Origin: Vulcanimicrobiales bacterium
Lineage (GTDB): Bacteria > Vulcanimicrobiota > Vulcanimicrobiia > Vulcanimicrobiales > Vulcanimicrobiaceae
Length of the DNA stretch: 64,000 nt
Assembly (NCBI GenBank): GCA_038231455.1
Contig: JBBRLI010000002.1
Coordinates: 160,001-224,000, forward strand
Direction of reading: 5' to 3'
Under the pieces are notes generated by a model. That model was not told where the DNA came from and searched no databases. It worked only from the letters and a program-made list of their open reading frames with translations. Of the stretch, positions 38,849-48,052 are shown in pieces; within the stretch, counting starts at the first letter, position 1, and each line of letters starts with the position of its first letter. A program made the position numbers and the translations under genes.

Positions 38849-39797
38849 ATCGCGGGTTCTTACGGGGCTTGGCGCGAGTTTCGCGCTTCCGCTGCTGCCT
38901 GCGCGTTCGTGGGCTGCCGGTCCGATCGCACTCAGAGTCGCCGCTGCCGGTGACGATGACATCACGCCGATTCTCTACGGGCAAGCGGCGGGGATTTTCG
39001 CAAAGAACGGACTCTCGGTGGAGCTCGAAGCGCTGGGTTCCGGCTCCGCAACGGCTGCCGCCGTCGCCGGCGGGTCCATCGATATTGGCAAGTCGAGTTT
39101 GACCAGTTTGATTTCCGCGCACGCGCGCGGCATCGCATTCGAAATCATCGCGCCCGCCTCCGTGTATTCAGATAGCGCACCCGTGGCCGGGTTCGTCGTC
39201 GGAAAAGACTCCGGCGTGAACGCGATCAAAGATCTCAACGGAAAAATCGTCGCGGCCTCGTCGCTCAAAGATCTCATCGCCGTTGCCACGCAAGCGTGGA
39301 TCGACGACAACGGCGGCGATTCAAAGACGGTGAAGTTCATCGAGTTGCCGAGCTCCGCGGTCGCTGCAGCGCTCGAAAACGGGCGCATCGCGGGGGCGAC
39401 GATGCTGACGCCGGCGCTCGCACGCGCACTCGATTCGGGCAAGGGACGGCTGCTCGGCAAGTCGTTTAGCGCGATCTCCAAGCATTTTCTCATCGCCGGC
39501 TGGTTCTCGACCAAGGACTGGATCGCGAAGAACAACGAGACGGCGCGGCGCTTCGTCGAAGCGTTCCGAGAAGCTGCGGCCTATACCGATACGCATCGCA
39601 ACGAAACGGTCGATTTGCTGGCGAACTATTCGAAAATCAGCCCACAGACCGTTCGGGGAATGCAGCGCTCGACCGCCGGACGCGTTGTGGAAGCAAAAGA
39701 CATCGAGCCCGTCATCGCCGCCTGTGTGCGGTACGGCGTGATCGAGAAACCGTTCCCCGCAAGCGAACTGATCTCGTCGCTCGCTGCGACGCACTAA
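38835..39797 (+). CDS. NitT/TauT (SsuA-like) substrate-binding protein
   Basis: Signal peptide, DDDITPILY, DIGKSSL (shared with the 14005 paralog) and GGDSKTVKFIEL motifs. Start at ATG 38835. Confidence 0.88.
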   Translation: MRLSRSRVLTGLGASFALPLLPARSWAAGPIALRVAAAGDDDITPILYGQAAGIFAKNGLSVELEALGSGSATAAAVAGGSIDIGKSSLTSLISAHARGIAFEIIAPASVYSDSAPVAGFVVGKDSGVNAIKDLNGKIVAASSLKDLIAVATQAWIDDNGGDSKTVKFIELPSSAVAAALENGRIAGATMLTPALARALDSGKGRLLGKSFSAISKHFLIAGWFSTKDWIAKNNETARRFVEAFREAAAYTDTHRNETVDLLANYSKISPQTVRGMQRSTAGRVVEAKDIEPVIAACVRYGVIEKPFPASELISSLAATH

Positions 39798-39814
39798 ATC
39801 TCAGAAAGACGATT

Positions 39815-40414
39815 ATGGCCGAAGACCAGCCGAAGAAAATCGAATACTATCACGATCAAAAGAATCGGATATTCGTGCGTCAGGTCAGTGGCGAGTATAA
39901 TCTCACCCAAGAACTCGAACGGCTGCGGGCGCAGCCGCGCGTGCGCCGCGGGCGCGATATCAAATTTCAAGACGGACCGACGACGTTCTCGAAACACTAT
40001 ATCGAGCCAAAAGACGGAATCGCGCAGACGCTGCATATCCACCTCGAAGAATACGCGCCGGGTGCCATGTCTCAAAAGCACGGTCACGTCAACGAGGCGG
40101 TGTTTTACATCCTCGATGGCGAGGGCGCCGAAGTTCACGACGGGATCCGCTACGAGTGGGATGCAGGCGACGTTGCCATCGTGCACAACAACTGCGTGCA
40201 CCAACATTTCAATCGGAGTTCCACCAAGCCCGCGCGGGCGCTCGTGCTCAAAACAAAACCGATGTACGTCTTCATGAACATGCTCTTTCAGAAGACGATC
40301 GAAAAGCGTGCGACCGAGCCCACCGAACACGGCGTGGGTTTCATCGCGCGAGAAGAGCCGCACGACCACGATCACGGCCACGACCACCCACATGACGGAC
40401 ACACCCATGACTGA
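39815..40414 (+). CDS. Cupin-domain protein A2 with His-rich tail (paralog of 35015-35614)
   Basis: QTLHIHLEEYAPG, HGHVNEAVFYILDG, VHNNCVHQH and KTKPMY.FMNMLFQ motifs; tail HDHDHGHDHPHDGHTHD. Confidence 0.88.
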   Translation: MAEDQPKKIEYYHDQKNRIFVRQVSGEYNLTQELERLRAQPRVRRGRDIKFQDGPTTFSKHYIEPKDGIAQTLHIHLEEYAPGAMSQKHGHVNEAVFYILDGEGAEVHDGIRYEWDAGDVAIVHNNCVHQHFNRSSTKPARALVLKTKPMYVFMNMLFQKTIEKRATEPTEHGVGFIAREEPHDHDHGHDHPHDGHTHD

Positions 40415-41036
40415 TCGCACGTCCCCTTGGGGCGAATACGACACATGGCTCCAAGGCACCGAGACCGGCACGTACTACCACGATCTGCTCTTGGAGGCAG
40501 AACACAAGCCCGCCAAAGACGCCGAACGCCGCAAAGTCATCAAAGCGGCCGAGTTGCCGTGGGAAAATTCGCGTCACGGTTTGCTTAAGCACATCGTCAA
40601 CGAGTCGATGAACACGCGCGCAGAGACGGTCGATGCCTACATGCAGATCATCCCACCGGGGAGCCGCTCGGGCAAACACCGTCAACTCGCGGAGCAGGCC
40701 TTCTACGTTCTCGAAGGCTGCGGATATGATGTCCACATCGACTGCGATTTACAAATACCCGACGGCGAGAAGTATCTTTGGGTGCCACAACAGCACGAAC
40801 AACGCTTTGAATGGGAGGCGGGCGATGTGGTCTACATCCCTCCCAACACCATCAGCCAGCACTTCAACGGCGATCCGGGGCGTCCGGCGCGCATCGTCAT
40901 GATCACCAACCGCATCTACAAACAGTGCGGACTGGGCGAACTCGAGCAGCTTGAAGACGCCCCCGAATACAATCCAAACGAAGCGCTCACGGCCGAACGT
41001 TTGCGTGGCTATCTAAAGGTTCCGGCGCGTACCTGA
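40407..41036 (+). CDS. Cupin-domain protein B2 (paralog of 34400-35008)
   Basis: PWENSRHGLLKH, YMQIIPPGSRSGKHRQLAE, YIPPNTISQHFN and TNRIYK.CGL motifs. Confidence 0.86.
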   Translation: MTDRTSPWGEYDTWLQGTETGTYYHDLLLEAEHKPAKDAERRKVIKAAELPWENSRHGLLKHIVNESMNTRAETVDAYMQIIPPGSRSGKHRQLAEQAFYVLEGCGYDVHIDCDLQIPDGEKYLWVPQQHEQRFEWEAGDVVYIPPNTISQHFNGDPGRPARIVMITNRIYKQCGLGELEQLEDAPEYNPNEALTAERLRGYLKVPART

Positions 41037-41056
41037 GCAATTAAGTATAGCGAATT

Positions 41057-42331
41057 ATGTTGAAGCCTGAAGAGAACGAACGACTCGTCCGCGTCGGCCC
41101 AGGAACTCCGGGCGGCGCGATGTTCCGACGGTACTGGCAGCCCGCGCTCTTGAGCGAAGAGTTGCCGGAGGCCGATGGTCCGCCGGTGCGCGTCCGCATC
41201 CTCGGTGAGGATCTCGTCGCGTTCCGCGCGAGCGACAATTCCATCGGTCTTGTGGATGCGTTCTGCCCGCACCGTCGCGCGCCGATGTTCTTCGGTCGTA
41301 ACGAAGATTGCGGCATCCGCTGTGTGTACCACGGCTGGAAGTTCGACACGTCGGGCAAATGCGTCGACATGCCGTCCGAACCGCCGGATTCGCTGTTCAA
41401 AGAGAAGGTCACGATCGCGTCCTACCCCACCTGGGAAGGCGGCGGGATGGTCTGGACCTATATGGGCCCCCCCGAACACAAGCCCGCCGCGCCGGATTAC
41501 GAATGGCTGCGGGTTCCACCGACGCATCGCTTCGTCTCCAAGACGTTCGAGTCGGCCAACTATTTGCAAGGTCTCGAAGGTGGTCTCGATACCGCGCATT
41601 CCTCATTTGCGCACAACGAGCGTCTGAACGATCCGACGTGGATCCGCAACCGCGATACGCATCCGAAGCTCGAAGTCGAGAAGACCGACTACGGCTTCAC
41701 CTACGCATCGACGCGCGACCTTGGCGATGACGGCCTGTACGTTCGCGTGTATCATTATTTGATGCCCGCACAGCAACTGCGGGGTAACGTGACCAACTGG
41801 GCAGGCGGCAAGCGCGCCGACACGCCCAAACTTGACGGCCACATCTGGGTGCCGATCGATGACACGCACACCTGGGTCTACAATATGATGTACGGCTACG
41901 ATGCCGCCGTTCCGATCACCGAAGAATTTGCCTGGAAAGACGAGGCGTTTTTCGGACGCGGCAAAGACGATATGGAGCCCGGCACCTATAAGCTCAAGGC
42001 GAGCTTGGAGAACGATTACTTCATCGACCGCGAAAAGCAGAAGACGAAGACGTTTACCGGCATCCGCGGCGTGAACACGCAAGACTTCGCGCTGCAAGAA
42101 GGCATGGGCGCGATCCCGGACCGTTCGAAAGAACGCTTGGGCACGACCGACCGCGCCATCATTGTGACGCGCCAGCTCTTACTCGAAGCGTGCGATACGG
42201 TCGAAGAGAACAAAGCGCCGCGCGGCGTCGAGCCCCACGCGTATCGCGACGTGCGCGCCTACGATTGCGTGATTCCGCGCGATCGCAATTGGCGCGATGA
42301 ATTTGCTAGCGAATTGAGTGCGAAATGGTAA
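41057..42331 (+). CDS. Rieske oxygenase alpha subunit (type B copy 1)
   Basis: CPHRRA...CVYHGW, EGGLDTAHSSFAH and QDFALQE motifs. Confidence 0.92.
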   Translation: MLKPEENERLVRVGPGTPGGAMFRRYWQPALLSEELPEADGPPVRVRILGEDLVAFRASDNSIGLVDAFCPHRRAPMFFGRNEDCGIRCVYHGWKFDTSGKCVDMPSEPPDSLFKEKVTIASYPTWEGGGMVWTYMGPPEHKPAAPDYEWLRVPPTHRFVSKTFESANYLQGLEGGLDTAHSSFAHNERLNDPTWIRNRDTHPKLEVEKTDYGFTYASTRDLGDDGLYVRVYHYLMPAQQLRGNVTNWAGGKRADTPKLDGHIWVPIDDTHTWVYNMMYGYDAAVPITEEFAWKDEAFFGRGKDDMEPGTYKLKASLENDYFIDREKQKTKTFTGIRGVNTQDFALQEGMGAIPDRSKERLGTTDRAIIVTRQLLLEACDTVEENKAPRGVEPHAYRDVRAYDCVIPRDRNWRDEFASELSAKW

Positions 42332-43428
42332 CCCAGTCACGCGCGGCCGTCGCCGTCGCCCCGAAGACAACCGAACTGCGCGAGATCGATCTGCCCGAGA
42401 TTCCGCCGGATGGCGGACTCCTGCGCGTGATCGCCGCGGGCATCTGCGGCAGCGACGTGCCATTCTATGCCGAGGACAAAGGCGCGCGCATTCTCGGTCA
42501 TGAGAACGTCGGCACCATCGAAAAGCTCGGCCCGGTCGCCCAAGAACGCTGGGGCGTAAGTGTCGGCGATATGGTCGCGCTCGAAGAGTATTTGCCATGC
42601 GGGTTCTGCGAAGAGTGCCGATCGGGCGAATATCGGTCGTGTCTAAAGACCGACAACAAACGACCTGGTGCGCTGCGCTACGGCTCGACCTCGATCGACG
42701 TCGCACCCGCTCTCTGGGGCGGCTACAGTCAGTTTCAATATTTGCATCCGCGATCGGTCTTACACCGCGTCCCTGGAGGTGTCGATCCGCGTCTCGCCGC
42801 GATGGCGCTCCCGATCGGGAACGGTTTTCAATGGACCGTTCTCGATGGTAAAGCCGGCCCCGGTCAGACCGTGGTCATTCAAGGCCCCGGGCAGCAGGGT
42901 CTCGCGTGCGTCGTTGCAGCGAAAGCCGCCGGTGCTGCGACCGTCATCTGTACGGGTCTCGCACGCGACGCGCACCGGCTCGACGTTGCAAAACGTCTTG
43001 GTGCTGACTACACGGTAAAAGTCGACGAAGAATCGCTTCAGGATGTCGTCCAAAAGGCCACCGGCGGTTTGCTCGCCGATCTCATCATCGACGCTTCTTC
43101 GGGCGGCGCGACACAAGTCGTCAATAGTGCGCTCGAATTGATTAAAAAACGCGGCACGCTCATCGTCGCTGCATACAAGCGCAAAGCGATCGACGGGTTT
43201 GCGATCGACACGCTGATCCGCCAACAGATCTCCCTGCGGGGCGTTCGCGGTCACTCGTTCCGGGCGGTGGAAATGGCGCTTTCACTCATGGCGTCGCATA
43301 AAGTCGACCTCGAAGCGATGTCGACGCACGAATTCGGCTTGGACAAGGTCGATTACGCGTTGCGGCTGGTGGAAGGCGAATTCCAAGACAACGCCGTGCA
43401 CGTCACGATCTCGCCCTGGAAAAACTAG
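42325..43428 (+). CDS. Zinc-dependent medium-chain alcohol dehydrogenase
   Basis: GICGSD, LGHE, structural-Zn CGFCEEC..C, and QGPGQQG nucleotide-binding loop. Confidence 0.9.
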   Translation: MVTQSRAAVAVAPKTTELREIDLPEIPPDGGLLRVIAAGICGSDVPFYAEDKGARILGHENVGTIEKLGPVAQERWGVSVGDMVALEEYLPCGFCEECRSGEYRSCLKTDNKRPGALRYGSTSIDVAPALWGGYSQFQYLHPRSVLHRVPGGVDPRLAAMALPIGNGFQWTVLDGKAGPGQTVVIQGPGQQGLACVVAAKAAGAATVICTGLARDAHRLDVAKRLGADYTVKVDEESLQDVVQKATGGLLADLIIDASSGGATQVVNSALELIKKRGTLIVAAYKRKAIDGFAIDTLIRQQISLRGVRGHSFRAVEMALSLMASHKVDLEAMSTHEFGLDKVDYALRLVEGEFQDNAVHVTISPWKN

Positions 43429-43429
43429 C

Positions 43430-44416
43430 TTGACGACCAAGCTGAGACTGAGTCTTGCGTGCTGGGACTACGACCGCACGAAGGCTCTCATGGACGGCCG
43501 CGTGCAAGTCGAGGGCATCGATCTCGTCTACCAGCCGCTCGAAGTGGAAGAGACGTTTTTCCGCCAGGCTCGGTACCGGGAGTTTGATATCTCGGAGATG
43601 TCCCTCTCATCGTACTGTGTCTCGAAATCCAAAGGCGATCCGTTCGTCGCAATCCCGGTCTACCCGTCGCGCATGTTCCGACACGCCAATATCTGGGTGA
43701 GCGAGAAGAGCGGTATTCGCGAACCCAAAGACCTCATTGGCAAGCGCTTTGCGTGTCCCGAGTATCAGCTCACCGCGAACGTTTGGATCCGCGGTATTCT
43801 CGCCGATCAGTACGGCGTTACGCCGCAGAGCCTCACGTTTGTCACGGGCGGTGAAGAAGAGCCGGGTCGGCCGGAAAAATATGCGCTCGATCTGCCCCCC
43901 TCGATCAAGATCGAACCGATCGGTCCCATGCAAACGCTCTCGGCGATGCTCGCATCGGGTGAGATCGACGCGTTTCACGGTCCGCGCACACCGTCGACGG
44001 CAAACGCGCCGGGTGTGCGTCGGCTCTTTCCCGATTATGCGGCGACCGAAAAAGCGTACTACGCGGAAACGAAGATTTTTCCGATCATGCACGTCGTCGT
44101 GATCCGTCGCGAAATCTACGAACGCGACCGCTGGATCGCGATGGCGCTGTTCAAAGCATTTTCACGTGCGCAGCAGTTCGCTTACGATGACTACGAGCAG
44201 ACCGCCGCGCTCAAATCGATGTTACCGTGGTCGGCGGCCGGCGCCGAAGAAACGCGCGCGCTAATGGGCCCGCGCTGGTGGCCCTATGGATTCGCCGAGA
44301 ACGAGCACGTCCTCGACACGTTCGTGCGCTACCATCACGAACAGGGGCTCTCGCCAAAGCGACTGTCGCCACGCGACCTCTTTGCACCGGAAACGCTCGA
44401 AACGTTCAAGATCTAA
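43430..44416 (+). CDS. 4,5-dihydroxyphthalate decarboxylase (Pht5/OphC)-like protein
   Basis: LSLACWDYDRT.AL.DGRV..EG, EFDISEMSLSSY, PSRMFRH, PEYQLTA.VWIRG, FPIMH and WPYG motifs. No signal peptide. Confidence 0.85.
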   Translation: MTTKLRLSLACWDYDRTKALMDGRVQVEGIDLVYQPLEVEETFFRQARYREFDISEMSLSSYCVSKSKGDPFVAIPVYPSRMFRHANIWVSEKSGIREPKDLIGKRFACPEYQLTANVWIRGILADQYGVTPQSLTFVTGGEEEPGRPEKYALDLPPSIKIEPIGPMQTLSAMLASGEIDAFHGPRTPSTANAPGVRRLFPDYAATEKAYYAETKIFPIMHVVVIRREIYERDRWIAMALFKAFSRAQQFAYDDYEQTAALKSMLPWSAAGAEETRALMGPRWWPYGFAENEHVLDTFVRYHHEQGLSPKRLSPRDLFAPETLETFKI

Positions 44417-44427
44417 ACGAGGCAACG

Positions 44428-45696
44428 ATGCTCAAACCACAAGACAACGAACGAATTACCCGCGTCGGCCCCGGAACGCCAATGGGCGAACTCCAGCGAC
44501 GCTACTGGATACCATGCGCGCTCTCGAGCGATTTGCCGGAGAACGACGGCGCGCCGATCCGTGTGCGTCTGCTTTGCGAAGATCTCGTCGCATTCCGCGA
44601 TACCGAAGGCAAGGTAGGGCTGATGGAGGCGTTCTGCCCGCATCGCCGTGCGCCGATGTTCTTCGCACGCAACGAGAACTGCGGACTGCGCTGTGTCTAT
44701 CACGGCTGGAAATTCGATCGCGACGGAAACTGCGTCGACATGCCCTCCGAACCCCCAGATTCGCTCTTTAAAACGAAAGTCACGATCGGCACCTATCCCA
44801 CCTGGGAAGGCGGCGGAATGATCTGGACGTACATGGGGCCGCCCGATTTGCAGCCGCCCCCGCCGAATTACGAAGTCACACGCGCGCCCTCGACGCATCG
44901 CTTTACCTCGAAGACCTTCGAGGAGTGCAACTGGCTCCAGGCGCTCGAAGGCGGCCTCGATACGTCCCATTCCTCGTTCGCGCACAATCTCGACATCACC
45001 GATAAGAGCTATCTGCGCAGCATGGACACCGCGCCGCGCCTTGAAGTCGAGAAGACCGCGTACGGTTACGAATATGCCGGTATCCGGAAGCTCGGCGACC
45101 AGCAGTATGTTCGGGCGTATCACTACATCATGCCCGCTCAGCAGATGCGCGGTCGCGTACAAGGCCGCAAAGGCGGCATTGAAAAAGTGCCGACCATCAA
45201 CGGTCACATCTGGGTGCCCATCGACGACGAGACGACGTGGGTCTTCAACTGGATGTACTCCTACGATCCGGCAATTCCGATCACACCCGTGTACGCCATT
45301 GAGTTTGAAACGAAGTATGGCCGTGGCCCGGGCGACCTCATGCCCGGGACGCATAAGCTCAAACGCAACAAAAGCAACGACTACATGATCGATCGGAAGC
45401 TGCAGAAAGAGCTGACGTTTACCGGGATCGAAGGAATCAATACCCAGGACATGGCGCTGCAAGAAGGCATGGGCGCGATCGTCGATCGGTCCAAAGAGCA
45501 TCTGGGGACGAGCGATCGTGCGATTATCGTGATGCGTCAGTTGCTCTTCGAAGCACTCGACGCGTGCGCTGCGGGCCAGTCGATCCGCGGTACGGATCCA
45601 TCGACGTATAGCCGCGTGCGCGCGGTCGACCTCATGATCGCTCCGGTAACCAACTGGCGCGATGAAATCAAAGACGAACTCGTGGCGCGCTTCTAA
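44428..45696 (+). CDS. Rieske oxygenase alpha subunit (type B copy 2)
   Basis: CPHRRA...CVYHGW, EGGLDTSHSSFAH and QDMALQE motifs. Start at ATG 44428 after GAGG. Confidence 0.92.
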   Translation: MLKPQDNERITRVGPGTPMGELQRRYWIPCALSSDLPENDGAPIRVRLLCEDLVAFRDTEGKVGLMEAFCPHRRAPMFFARNENCGLRCVYHGWKFDRDGNCVDMPSEPPDSLFKTKVTIGTYPTWEGGGMIWTYMGPPDLQPPPPNYEVTRAPSTHRFTSKTFEECNWLQALEGGLDTSHSSFAHNLDITDKSYLRSMDTAPRLEVEKTAYGYEYAGIRKLGDQQYVRAYHYIMPAQQMRGRVQGRKGGIEKVPTINGHIWVPIDDETTWVFNWMYSYDPAIPITPVYAIEFETKYGRGPGDLMPGTHKLKRNKSNDYMIDRKLQKELTFTGIEGINTQDMALQEGMGAIVDRSKEHLGTSDRAIIVMRQLLFEALDACAAGQSIRGTDPSTYSRVRAVDLMIAPVTNWRDEIKDELVARF

Positions 45697-46424
45697 TGGC
45701 CGTAACGATGGCAAACACGACGGTCGACTATCCGCAGCTCGTCGCGCGTGCCGTTCGTATCCTCACGTCGCTTGACTTGATGGACATGAACGGGCATGTA
45801 AGCGCACGCGATGCAACCTCGCCCGCGACGATGTGGATCAATTCACGCAAAGCGAGTCGGTCGACGCTCCGAGCCGACGATGTTGTTCCAGTCGATCTTA
45901 CAAATGGCACGCGCATCGGTGCGGGCGATGGGCCGCCTAGTGAATACCACATTCATCGAGAGATCATGCGCCGCCGCCCGGATGTCGGCGGCATCGTGCA
46001 TTCGCATCCGGACTTCATCGTGACACTTTCGGTCGTCGGACACAAACTGCAGCCCGTTACCGGCATCGGTTCGTTTTTACCCGTCGACGTGCCCGTCTTT
46101 GATGATGCGAGTCTGATCAACACGGAAGAACGGGGAAAAGCCGTCGCCGAATTGCTCGGCGATGGACCGGCAATCGTCCTGCGCGGTCATGGCGTCGTCG
46201 TCGTCGGTGCGACACCGCAAGAAGCGCTCGCACGGTTCGTGTGTGCGGAAGAAAACGCCCGCATCCAATACAAGGCCTTGGCCTTGGGGAAGCCGCATGT
46301 GCTGAACGGCGCCGAACTCGAATTCGTGCGGCGCGAGACCTGGACCCCAACCATCGTCGAAAAACACTGGCACTATCACGAAGAGACCGCGCGTCGTCGC
46401 GGCGCCCTCGAAGGCATCGACTAA
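45696..46424 (+). CDS. Class II aldolase/adducin-family protein
   Basis: GHVSAR, PSEYHIHREIMRRRPDV..IVHSH and LRGHG motifs. Confidence 0.87.
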   Translation: MAVTMANTTVDYPQLVARAVRILTSLDLMDMNGHVSARDATSPATMWINSRKASRSTLRADDVVPVDLTNGTRIGAGDGPPSEYHIHREIMRRRPDVGGIVHSHPDFIVTLSVVGHKLQPVTGIGSFLPVDVPVFDDASLINTEERGKAVAELLGDGPAIVLRGHGVVVVGATPQEALARFVCAEENARIQYKALALGKPHVLNGAELEFVRRETWTPTIVEKHWHYHEETARRRGALEGID

Positions 46425-46488
46425 CCGCTCGATCTCCGCACCCGTGCGACGAATCGTTCGTCTCCGGCGTTCGATAAAGGCAATGCTT

Positions 46489-47409
46489 ATGAAACGCACC
46501 TCCGCCATGCTGCTCGCCCTTGCGTGCTCGGTCGTACCGCTCGCCTCGCGCGCAGATACAACCGTCCGCGTCGCCACGACACCGATCGAACTCGGCGCGC
46601 AGGTGTTTTACGCAAAAGATCAGGGCTTCTTTAAGAAGCGCGGCCTCGACGTCGATATTCAGATCATTCCGAGTGGCGCTGCGATCACCGCGGCCGTCGC
46701 GGGGAATTCGCTCGATATCGCCCAGGCCAATCTCGTCACGCTCGGGACGGCGCACGAACGCGGGCTGCCTTTCGTTGTGATCGCGCCGGCCGGCCTCTAT
46801 TCTTCCGATGCATCGACAACGAGTCTGGTCGTAGCAAAATCGTCTTCGATTAAGACCGCAAAGGATCTCGAAGAAAAAACCGTCGCCATCAACGGTCTGA
46901 AGAACATCACGCAGATCGGAACCTCGGCGTGGATGGATCGCAACGGCGGTGACGTCAAAAAAGTGCGATTCATCGAGATGCCGTTTCCACAAATGGCCGC
47001 AGCGCTCGAAGCCGGTCGGATCGACGCGGCGATTCTTCCCGAACCCGAACTCAGCGCGGCGACCGCCGGCAACGTGAAAATCATCGCCCAGCCGTATACG
47101 TCGATTGCCAATCAGTTCCTCATCGGAGGCTGGTTCACAACGAATGCGTGGGCGAAAGCAAATCCCGACGTCATGAAAAAATTTGTCGAGGCGACGATTG
47201 AAGGCGGCGTCTGGGCGAACGGTCATCCGGTTGAGTCGGCGCGAGTTCTAGAGAAGTACACCAAGATCACCGTTTCGCCGAACATGAAGCGCACGGTCTT
47301 CGCGAAGCACCTCGATGCAAGCGACATCCAGCCTTTGCTTGATGCGTCCTTCAAGTACGGCGCGCTCCCGACTCCCCTCTTAGCCGCCGATCTGCTCGCG
47401 ATTAAGTGA
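46489..47409 (+). CDS. NitT/TauT (SsuA-like) substrate-binding protein
   Basis: Signal peptide, GFFKKRGLDV, AHERGL (shared with the 37919 paralog), GGDVKKVRFIEMPF and GRIDAA motifs. Confidence 0.88.
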   Translation: MKRTSAMLLALACSVVPLASRADTTVRVATTPIELGAQVFYAKDQGFFKKRGLDVDIQIIPSGAAITAAVAGNSLDIAQANLVTLGTAHERGLPFVVIAPAGLYSSDASTTSLVVAKSSSIKTAKDLEEKTVAINGLKNITQIGTSAWMDRNGGDVKKVRFIEMPFPQMAAALEAGRIDAAILPEPELSAATAGNVKIIAQPYTSIANQFLIGGWFTTNAWAKANPDVMKKFVEATIEGGVWANGHPVESARVLEKYTKITVSPNMKRTVFAKHLDASDIQPLLDASFKYGALPTPLLAADLLAIK

Positions 47410-47804
47410 ATCTCGAAGACGCCTCGACGCTCGCACTCGATGCGATCGTCCAGGCGACCCTCGACGCCGGTTTCGTTGTTTCAATTGCGATCGTTGATCG
47501 GTATGGCGATCTCGTCGCCGCACGTCGTATGGAAGGCGCCCGGCCGCGTTGGATGCGTGCCTCGATTCGCAAAGCGTATAGTTCTGCGGTGATGGATCGC
47601 GACACCGATGATTTCCATGAGGAAATCGTGAGGCGGGATCTTCAGATTGCCTACTACGGCGACCCCCAACTCACCGCGCTGCCGGGTGGAATCGTCGTGC
47701 TCGATGCGCGTGGCGAGACGATCGTGGGCATCGGCGTGACGGGCAAGACACAAGGCCGCGATACAGAACTTGCGCGCGCCGGAGTGGCCGCTTTTACCGG
47801 CTAG
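47406..47804 (+). CDS. GlcG/HbpS-family (heme-binding) protein
   Basis: VSIAIVDRYG.L....RMEGA, RKAYSS, LPGG, VGIGVTG and D.ELA motifs. Confidence 0.85.
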   Translation: MNLEDASTLALDAIVQATLDAGFVVSIAIVDRYGDLVAARRMEGARPRWMRASIRKAYSSAVMDRDTDDFHEEIVRRDLQIAYYGDPQLTALPGGIVVLDARGETIVGIGVTGKTQGRDTELARAGVAAFTG

Positions 47805-48052
47805 TTCCAGTTCGCGAGGATCGTCTCGGCGACGTGCTGCGCGCCGCGCGCGTCGCAGGTCGTGCGGACGATCGTCGGTTCTTCACGGGCGACGTCGAGC
47901 TCGACATCACCCGCGCTGCCTTCGCGCACGCGTGCGGTAATGGCGCCCTGTTGCCAAAATGCGACGTGCGGCCCGGCATAGAGTCCGTATTCGGACGGCG
48001 CGCCCGAGCGCACGACGGCGTCGACGTTGTGCACGAACCGCTCGAAGGTCAT
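47801..48052 (-). CDS. Small hypothetical protein (83 aa)
   Basis: ATG overlaps the TGA of the upstream aldolase (ATGA coupling). Weak similarity to 19587-19847. Confidence 0.6.
   Translation of the reverse strand: MTFERFVHNVDAVVRSGAPSEYGLYAGPHVAFWQQGAITARVREGSAGDVELDVAREEPTIVRTTCDARGAQHVAETILANWN

Noticed and set aside
43430-44416. Additional ABC substrate-binding protein
   Set aside because: This family is often auto-annotated that way, but the protein lacks a signal peptide and carries Pht5/OphC-type decarboxylase motifs between two Rieske genes.
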